The position numbers and the translations under genes were made by a program. Below are positions 58,022 through 64,000 of a DNA stretch of 64,000 nt, piece by piece (the stretch's first letter is position 1; each line of letters opens with the position of its first letter). The DNA is from an uncultured Vicinamibacteraceae bacterium (lineage in GTDB: Bacteria > Acidobacteriota > Vicinamibacteria > Vicinamibacterales > UBA8438), in assembly GCA_964624855.1 (NCBI GenBank), contig CAZUZW010000007.1:9331-73330 (forward strand), read 5' to 3'. The notes beneath the pieces were generated by a model. That model was not told the DNA's origin. It saw only the letters and a list, made by a program, of their open reading frames with translations, and searched no databases.

Positions 58022-58564
58022 TTAACTAGCCCTAAATGGCATCCCCATCAACTGCAAGAGTCTTCGCCCTTCCTCATCAGAATTCGCTGTCGTAACAACT
58101 GAAATATTCATTCCACGAGACTGATCGACCTTCATATAATCAATCTCAAGAAAGATCAGTTGGTCCTTCAAACCCATCGTGTAATTTCCACGACCATCAA
58201 ATCCCTTTGGCGAAACACCCCGAAAATCTCGAACACGCGGCAAGGCGATAGCAATTAATCGATCAAGAAATTCATACATTCGATCACCACGCAGGGTCAC
58301 CATTGTCCCTATGGGAACTCCCTCGCGTAGCTTGAACTGGGCAATAGACTTTCTAGCCCTCCGAGTTACAGGCTTTTGCCCAGTAATCAGCGTCAATTCA
58401 GCCGTACCAACTTCAACCAGTTTCGGATTCTGAGTCGCATCTCCCAATCCCATGTTCACGACGATGCGGTCAATCTTTGGCACAGCCATCACATTCGAAT
58501 AGCTGAACTCCTTCCGAAGCGCTGGAATCACATCATCCCGATACTTCACCTGCAACCTACTCAT
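58022..58564 (-). CDS. rplE: 50S ribosomal protein L5
   Basis: [20 protein letters not shown] at the N-terminus and [10 protein letters not shown]. Confidence 0.95.
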   Translation of the reverse strand: MSRLQVKYRDDVIPALRKEFSYSNVMAVPKIDRIVVNMGLGDATQNPKLVEVGTAELTLITGQKPVTRRARKSIAQFKLREGVPIGTMVTLRGDRMYEFLDRLIAIALPRVRDFRGVSPKGFDGRGNYTMGLKDQLIFLEIDYMKVDQSRGMNISVVTTANSDEEGRRLLQLMGMPFRAS

Positions 58565-58893
58565 TTATCAACGGCTCCATCGCATTTTCGACACACCCGA
58601 ACCTTACGACCATCCCCCAGCAAAGAATGTCCGATTCGTGTAGGTGCAGCGCATTCCGGGCAAACAATCTGAACATTAGAAGCATGCAACGAAGCTTCCC
58701 GTTCCACTACGCCACCTTTCACATTCTTCTGAGGATTCGGACGCGTGTGGCGCTTAATAACATTCACACCCTCGACAATGATGCGATTCCGCTCTGGTAA
58801 CACTCGCAGTACACGACCACGCTTACCTCTGTCTTTTCCACCCACCACTACGACGGTGTCGTTTTTCCTTACTGGGGTTTGAAGTCTCGACAT
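58561..58893 (-). CDS. rplX: 50S ribosomal protein L24
   Basis: [25 protein letters not shown] motif, and a Cys-containing C-terminal segment (CPEC...CRKC). Confidence 0.94.
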   Translation of the reverse strand: MSRLQTPVRKNDTVVVVGGKDRGKRGRVLRVLPERNRIIVEGVNVIKRHTRPNPQKNVKGGVVEREASLHASNVQIVCPECAAPTRIGHSLLGDGRKVRVCRKCDGAVDK

Positions 58894-59011
58894 TACGCAA
58901 CACTCAGATCACAGCAAACAGAACGGACAAAGACGCCCCTTGAACTTACTACGCCAGAATAATTCTCAGATTGCACCGTCAAATCCTCAATTCCAACTGC
59001 ACGTAACCGTC

Positions 59012-59380
59012 CTACAACACCTCTGGGGCAAGTGAGACAATCTTCATAAACTTTCGCTCACGCAGTTCACGCGCGACAGGCCCGAACACACGAGTCCCTA
59101 CCGGTTCATTCTGCTCATCAACCAAGACAGCGGCGTTTCGATCGAACCGAACATAACTACCGTCGCGTCGACGGTGTTCCTTCTTGGTTCGAACAATAAC
59201 AGCCCTCACTACTTGACCCTTCTTAACCTGTGACGCAGGAACCGCCTCCTTTACGGACGCAGTTACCAAGTCTCCAAGTCGTGCATACCGACCTGTCGAA
59301 CCACCCAATGGGTTAATCACAGCGATTTTTCGTGCACCAGAATTATCAGCGACGTCGAGCACGGACTGCATCTGAATCAT
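59012..59380 (-). CDS. rplN: 50S ribosomal protein L14
   Basis: [22 protein letters not shown] at the N-terminus. Confidence 0.96.
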   Translation of the reverse strand: MIQMQSVLDVADNSGARKIAVINPLGGSTGRYARLGDLVTASVKEAVPASQVKKGQVVRAVIVRTKKEHRRRDGSYVRFDRNAAVLVDEQNEPVGTRVFGPVARELRERKFMKIVSLAPEVL

Positions 59381-59396
59381 CGTTAACTTGCCTCAT

Positions 59397-59651
59397 CTAT
59401 ACAGTCTTAGCTCGTTCAACAACTCGGACGACTACAAAACGTTTTCGTCGACTGAGCGGACGAGTTTCGACAATCGCTACTCGATCTCCAACCTTGGCGC
59501 TGTTATTTTCGTCATGAGCCATAAACATCGACGTGCGTCGCTGAATCTTTCCATAAGAAACATTCCGCACCCGCCGCTCAACCGCCACAACCACGCCCTT
59601 GTCCAACTTGTCACGCCGGACGACGCCAACTACTTCTCGCTTTCCAGCCAT
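59397..59651 (-). CDS. rpsQ: 30S ribosomal protein S17
   Basis: VVGVVRRDKLDKGVVVAVERRV...HDENNSAKVGDRVAIVETRPLS. Confidence 0.94.
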   Translation of the reverse strand: MAGKREVVGVVRRDKLDKGVVVAVERRVRNVSYGKIQRRTSMFMAHDENNSAKVGDRVAIVETRPLSRRKRFVVVRVVERAKTV

Positions 59652-59860
59652 TAGTGCTGGTCCTCCGCTGCCAATTCAAATTCCCGGATCAGGGTCTTAA
59701 CCCGCGCACGTTCACGCCGGAGTTCCCGCATTTTATTTGGCGCGTCGCCCTCACCGGTACCCTGTTGCATCCGCAGACGAAATACACGGTCATCAAGGTC
59801 AAGAACCCGTTTGGCGAGATCCTCTGCGGCCAATTCTCTAAGCTCGGCTATATTCGTCAT
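59651..59860 (-). CDS. rpmC: 50S ribosomal protein L29
   Basis: [27 protein letters not shown]...[13 protein letters not shown]. Confidence 0.93.
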   Translation of the reverse strand: MTNIAELRELAAEDLAKRVLDLDDRVFRLRMQQGTGEGDAPNKMRELRRERARVKTLIREFELAAEDQH

Positions 59861-60279
59861 AGTCGTGTCTCACCAAAACGAGTTGCAAACTGCGTGTGGA
59901 TAGGCAATTTCGCAGCAGCCAGCTGCATCGCTCTTTGGGCATCGGCTGCACTAACGCCTTCCATTTCAAACAAGATCCGACCAGGTCGAATAACGGCAAC
60001 CCATTGCTCGGGAGCCCCTTTGCCCTTACCCATTCGAACCTCTTGCGGTTTTTTTGTAATCGGTTTATCAGGAAATACCCTGACCCAGATTTTTCCACCA
60101 CGTTTAATGAATCGGGTCATAGCAACTCGAGCAGCTTCAATCTGCCGGTCGGTCAACCAGCATGGCTCCATCGCCTTCATACCATAATCCCCGAACGACA
60201 CGGTTGACCCACGCCATGCCTTCCCGGTCATACGACCTCGATGCTGCTTTCGATGCTTGACCTTCTTTGGCATCAACAT
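59857..60279 (-). CDS. rplP: 50S ribosomal protein L16
   Basis: [21 protein letters not shown] at the N-terminus. Confidence 0.96.
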   Translation of the reverse strand: MLMPKKVKHRKQHRGRMTGKAWRGSTVSFGDYGMKAMEPCWLTDRQIEAARVAMTRFIKRGGKIWVRVFPDKPITKKPQEVRMGKGKGAPEQWVAVIRPGRILFEMEGVSAADAQRAMQLAAAKLPIHTQFATRFGETRL

Positions 60280-60318
60280 GACAAATATCTATTACTCCAC
60301 TCGCACTCTACGCACGAA

Positions 60319-60996
60319 CTAAATCCGACGCCGACGAGGCATCCTGTAATCTTCCTCACGGCCCGTTTGCGGCTCAGTCCGTTCACCTTTGTACAACCAG
60401 ACCTTAACTCCTATAACGCCATAGGTCGTTCGTGCTTCACCGAATCCATAATCTATATCAGCCCGAAGAGTCTGCAACGGAAGCTGCCCATGGAGATACC
60501 ACTCAGTCCTGGCGATCTCTGCGCCGTTCAATCGTCCGCCGACCCGAACTTTGATACCTCGTGCTCCAAACCGTAGTGCCGATTCAACCGCCTTGCGCAT
60601 CGCCCGCCGAAAAGCAACCCGCTTTTCAAGTTGCAATGCCACTGATTCGCTGATCAATTGAGCATCGAGTTCTGGCTTTTGTATCTCTTGAATATTGATG
60701 AACACTTCACGGTTTGTACGTTTTTGGATCTCAGTTTTAAGCTTGTCAACTTCCGTGCCTTTTCGTCCAATAATGATGCCGGGTCGAGAAGTGTGTATGT
60801 CGAGTTTGAGTTTGTTTGCAGCTCGCTCAATCTCAATCTTCGACACCCCGGCGTGAGCGAATCTCTTTTTCAGATCGGATTTCAGACCCAAATCTTCATG
60901 AAGCAACTTCGCGTAATCGCGATCCGCATACCACCTAGACCGCCACGTCTTATTGAATCCGAGCCGAAATCCGTACGGATGAACCTTCTGACCCAT
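60319..60996 (-). CDS. rpsC: 30S ribosomal protein S3
   Basis: [25 protein letters not shown] at the N-terminus, with a KH domain. Confidence 0.96.
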   Translation of the reverse strand: MGQKVHPYGFRLGFNKTWRSRWYADRDYAKLLHEDLGLKSDLKKRFAHAGVSKIEIERAANKLKLDIHTSRPGIIIGRKGTEVDKLKTEIQKRTNREVFINIQEIQKPELDAQLISESVALQLEKRVAFRRAMRKAVESALRFGARGIKVRVGGRLNGAEIARTEWYLHGQLPLQTLRADIDYGFGEARTTYGVIGVKVWLYKGERTEPQTGREEDYRMPRRRRI

Positions 60997-61008
60997 GTTT
61001 TATCTCTT

Positions 61009-61527
61009 CTAGTCGTCGGCCTTGGTAACCGACGTTGCTTTCTCCGAGTTTTTACCCGGCCTTATCCTTTTCCGACCAGTCTTACGTTTTACGCGACGCC
61101 GAGGTCTTGCTGAAACCCCAGCTATCGCTTTGTCAGCGTTCTCGGCCGGAGCCCCTCCTGGCTTCACGGTCGAAACCAAACTTCCTTCCCGCTCCCTTAC
61201 CGTTACCGTTAAATGCACGGTCCTCTTAATAATTCGGAACGCTCGCCCCATCGGCGCCGCCCGAATTCTCTTCATTGACGGTCCCTGATTCGCATAACAG
61301 CTGCCAACATACAAGTGGTCAATGTCACTACCTGCACCTTCCTGCTGCTGAACATTTGCGACCGCTGAACGAAGCACTTTAGAAACATGACGGGCCGCTC
61401 GTTTCTGACAAAATCTGAGCGTCGCAAGCGCGGTATTGACGTCCTGACCACGAATCAGATCTAGGACAAGCTTCGCCTTTTGAGCAGAACCTCGCACATT
61501 CCGAGCCGTAGCACGACCTTCAATCAC
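61009..61527 (-). CDS. rplV: 50S ribosomal protein L22 (with about 60-aa C-terminal extension)
   Basis: [23 protein letters not shown]...[26 protein letters not shown] core, followed by a basic tail. Confidence 0.94.
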   Translation of the reverse strand: MIEGRATARNVRGSAQKAKLVLDLIRGQDVNTALATLRFCQKRAARHVSKVLRSAVANVQQQEGAGSDIDHLYVGSCYANQGPSMKRIRAAPMGRAFRIIKRTVHLTVTVREREGSLVSTVKPGGAPAENADKAIAGVSARPRRRVKRKTGRKRIRPGKNSEKATSVTKADD

Positions 61528-61823
61528 CGGGCGCCTCCCCTAGCCACTGAAGCAACCTTGTCACCCTTACCCGTGTGACCTCTAAATAAGCGAGTGGGTG
61601 CAAACTCACCAAATTTGTGCCCAACCATATTCTCAGTCACATACACTGGAATGAATTTCTTTCCGTTGTGTACGGCAATCGTATGGCCCACCATCTCTGG
61701 AATCACCGTTGACCTTCGAGACCATGACTTAATAACCTTCTTTTCACCGCTGCGATTCATCACTTCGATCTTTTCAAGCAATGGAAGGTCAACGAACGGG
61801 CCTTTTCTAAGCGATCGACTCAT
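61524..61823 (-). CDS. rpsS: 30S ribosomal protein S19
   Basis: [12 protein letters not shown]...[33 protein letters not shown]. Confidence 0.96.
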   Translation of the reverse strand: MSRSLRKGPFVDLPLLEKIEVMNRSGEKKVIKSWSRRSTVIPEMVGHTIAVHNGKKFIPVYVTENMVGHKFGEFAPTRLFRGHTGKGDKVASVARGGAR

Positions 61824-61853
61824 TGCAAAATATCCTCATGACCGTGCATAAAC

Positions 61854-62693
61854 CTACTTCTTTCCACGCTTGCGTTTACGCTGCAGAATGAAACGATCAG
61901 ACGGCTTTTTGTGACGCGTCTTGAAACCCTTAGCCGGTTGTCCCCATGGCGACACTGGATGCCGTCCACCTGCAGAAGAACCTTCTCCGCCACCGAGTGG
62001 ATGGTCAACAGGATTCATAGCGATACCGCGAACATGAGGGCGACGCCCTAACCATCTATTTCGCCCCGCCTTGCCAATCGAAATATTGGCGTGGTCGGTA
62101 TTGCCTACTTGACCGATGGTTGCAAGACATTCTGGCAACAGCAAGCGGGTCTCACCCGACGGCAATTTTACGGTTGCGTACTTCCCCTCCTTCGCCACGA
62201 GCTGGACCGACGCTCCTGCCCCACGGGCCAATTGGCCTCCCTTTCCAGGACGCAACTCTACGTTGTGGACCAGAGTGCCAAGCGGAATGCTTTTGAGTGG
62301 TAAGGCATTACCCGGCAGAATGTCCACTTTTTCTCCAGAGACAACTGTGTCGCCTACCTTGATGCCCAACGGATGCAACATGTATCGCTTTTCTCCATCC
62401 GCGTAACTTACAAGTGCGATTCGAGCTGACCGATTTGGGTCGTACTCTATCGTCTGAACCTTCGCCGGAATATTGTGTTTATCCCGCTTAAAATCAATGA
62501 CGCGATATGCTCGCTTGTGGCCGCCACCACGCCACCACACAGTTATCTCACCAAGGTTATTGCGGCCGCCGGACTTCTTTAAAGGCTTCGTCAATGGTCG
62601 ATACGGCCGGTCAGTCGTGATTTCATCATGAATCTGAACCGTTTGAAACCGTCGACCAGGCGAAGTCGGCTTATGCTTACGTATGGCCATCAT
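61854..62693 (-). CDS. rplB: 50S ribosomal protein L2
   Basis: [10 protein letters not shown]...GGGHKR.YR.IDF...[17 protein letters not shown]. Confidence 0.96.
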   Translation of the reverse strand: MMAIRKHKPTSPGRRFQTVQIHDEITTDRPYRPLTKPLKKSGGRNNLGEITVWWRGGGHKRAYRVIDFKRDKHNIPAKVQTIEYDPNRSARIALVSYADGEKRYMLHPLGIKVGDTVVSGEKVDILPGNALPLKSIPLGTLVHNVELRPGKGGQLARGAGASVQLVAKEGKYATVKLPSGETRLLLPECLATIGQVGNTDHANISIGKAGRNRWLGRRPHVRGIAMNPVDHPLGGGEGSSAGGRHPVSPWGQPAKGFKTRHKKPSDRFILQRKRKRGKK

Positions 62694-62741
62694 GTCATTC
62701 CATTAACTGCAGAACCGGCATCACTACCAGCACCTCTCAAC

Positions 62742-63032
62742 CTATGTACCCTCAAGGAATTCAGGAGTCTTTTCGCCAGGCTTAAGCTTAACGTATGCCT
62801 TTTTCCAATCAGGCCTCTGACCAAAGTAGCGGCCTTGGCGCTTTACTTTGCCATGACTAATCGCCGTCCTAACTTTAGCGACCTTTGTATCGAACAAGCG
62901 TTCCACAGCCTTTTTGATATCGACCTTTGTCGCAGCCTTAGAAACCTCAAATACAAGAATTTGGTCGTCCTCGCGAAGAAGCGACGACTTCTCCGTGACA
63001 ATCGGACGTCGAATAACATCAGTCTCCTTCAT
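62742..63032 (-). CDS. rplW: 50S ribosomal protein L23
   Basis: VIRRPIVTEKSSLLRED...VFEVSKAATKVDIKKAVERLF. Confidence 0.94.
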   Translation of the reverse strand: MKETDVIRRPIVTEKSSLLREDDQILVFEVSKAATKVDIKKAVERLFDTKVAKVRTAISHGKVKRQGRYFGQRPDWKKAYVKLKPGEKTPEFLEGT

Positions 63033-63682
63033 GAGCTCACAACCTGTCCCAGATGCTCAATCGCAACCTTACTCACTACAACAGTGTCAGCTGAAACAAC
63101 GTCGCGGGCTGTCAGCTGAGATGTCTCAACGACCCTTACACCCTGAAGATTCCTTACCGCCAACTCTAAATTTCGATTTGATGCATCATCAACCAGAACA
63201 GTTCTCCCGGTAACCCCCAGCTCTTCAAGACGTTTTACTCCGAGTTTTGTTCGGGGTTCATCTAGTGCCAACACCGACGGACCGTCCACCACCACCAAAA
63301 CGCCATCCTGAATCTTCTGGGACAATGCAACTCTCAATGCACCGCGAACCATGCGCTTCGGCAACCGATAATCATAACTCCGAGGTTGGGGACCGAACAC
63401 CGTTCCACCGGACCGCCACAAAGGGGTCTGTGCGTCACCTACCCGTGCCCGTCCCGTACCTTTTTGACGCCACATTTTTCGCCCAGAACCTTGAACACGC
63501 CCACGCGTCTTCGTCGCATGAGTTCCGCGTCGATCCGCTGCGTTCTCATGCACGACCGCTTCCCACACAAGAGCCGTCAATTTCTTTCTCTTTAACGCGT
63601 TAACGTCTCCGCCAAACACATCATCACTCAGGTCCACCGAGTCGACCTTTTCTTTCTTCGAGTTCACAACGTCAAGAGTCAT
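63029..63682 (-). CDS. rplD: 50S ribosomal protein L4
   Basis: RGTHATKTRGRVQGSGRKMWRQKGTGRARVGD motif. Confidence 0.95.
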   Translation of the reverse strand: MTLDVVNSKKEKVDSVDLSDDVFGGDVNALKRKKLTALVWEAVVHENAADRRGTHATKTRGRVQGSGRKMWRQKGTGRARVGDAQTPLWRSGGTVFGPQPRSYDYRLPKRMVRGALRVALSQKIQDGVLVVVDGPSVLALDEPRTKLGVKRLEELGVTGRTVLVDDASNRNLELAVRNLQGVRVVETSQLTARDVVSADTVVVSKVAIEHLGQVVSS

Positions 63683-63702
63683 GGATTACTCAATGTTCTT
63701 TC

Positions 63703-64000
63703 TTACTTATCTTTCTTCTTCGGGTCATCGGTAGGCCCCTGCACTGATTGCTTTCGCGGAGCAACTGCCTTCCGAATGACCAAATAGCCACCCGGAGCAC
63801 CCGGGACAGAACCCCGGACTACGAGCTGATGATTGTCAGCGTCGACCTGAATCACACTTAGATTCCGCGTTGTTATTCGGTCACCGCCCATACGTCCAGG
63901 CCCTCGCATCCCCTTCAATACTCGCGACGGATACGAAGACTGCCCTATCGAACCAGGCGCCCGATGAAACATCGAGCCATGCGTCGCACGCCCACCACCA
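63703..64000 (-). CDS. rplC: 50S ribosomal protein L3, C-terminal part (5' end beyond window)
   Basis: The frame is open to the window edge. [38 protein letters not shown] is the conserved L3 C-terminal region. Position upstream of rplD. Confidence 0.92.
   Translation of the reverse strand, partial: GGGRATHGSMFHRAPGSIGQSSYPSRVLKGMRGPGRMGGDRITTRNLSVIQVDADNHQLVVRGSVPGAPGGYLVIRKAVAPRKQSVQGPTDDPKKKDK

Noticed and set aside
1-64000. Search for tRNA, rRNA, CRISPR repeats, IS/transposase, integrase, toxin-antitoxin or defence-system genes
   Set aside because: None was found.
- No T-loop-like GGTTCGA(A/G)TCC context sits in any intergenic region.
- There are no regularly spaced repeats.
- Every ORF above about 100 aa outside the antisense shadows is assignable to a housekeeping or envelope function, except the two orphans at 5.2-6.4 kb.

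This was done by eye only. A covariance-model scan would be more sensitive.

Overview
This 64-kb window is a densely packed stretch of a Gram-negative-type bacterial chromosome, and almost all of it is core housekeeping genes. I can support 71 protein-coding genes.

**Left third (+ strand).** It opens with ymdB (fragment)-xseA-xseB-ispA-tlyA-nadK. A small accessory islet follows, holding a VOC enzyme and two orphan ORFs. Next come an M24 peptidase, an HtrA protease, a MidA-type methyltransferase, a CYTH / nucleotidyltransferase / kinase trio, and asnS. The classic rimP-nusA-infB-DUF503-rbfA-nrnA-truB-rpsO-pnp block closes this part.

**Middle.** smc and an S41 C-terminal processing protease lie on the - strand. 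They are followed by tatA-tatC, an OmpA-family protein, nadB-proS (- strand) and aroB.

**38-49 kb, the least core part.**
- On the - strand: a prepilin peptidase, a VKOR-DsbA fusion, a two-Cys type IV pilin-like protein, a beta-barrel outer-membrane protein and a pyruvoyl-dependent arginine decarboxylase.
- Transcribed divergently from these: a HlyD-type adaptor plus two MacB/FtsX-type permeases with no ABC ATPase, then an EF-G2-type paralogue.

**Right quarter (- strand).** This is the contiguous S10-spc-alpha ribosomal superoperon, from rplC (cut by the window edge) to rplQ. It includes secY, adk, map, rpoA and rpmJ. I found rpmJ by hand because it falls below the ORF-track size cutoff.

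**What I did not find.** There is no rRNA, tRNA, CRISPR array, transposase, integrase or phage gene. There is also no convincing defence-type or otherwise clearly novel multi-gene system.

**Most checkable oddities.**
- the ATPase-less adaptor/permease operon
- the pilin-maturation neighbourhood with a VKOR-DsbA fusion
- a bacterial pyruvoyl arginine decarboxylase whose promoter is overlapped by an inverted repeat
- a 236-nt ctp-smc spacer that ends in a strong terminator only about 40 nt before smc
- a repeat-bearing 371-nt divergent intergenic region

**Lineage.** The pilin type, orphan MacB-type permeases, VKOR instead of DsbB, and archaeal-type ProRS and ArgDC are compatible with Acidobacteriota or a similar uncultured lineage. 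This is inference only. No composition statistics or database searches were run.
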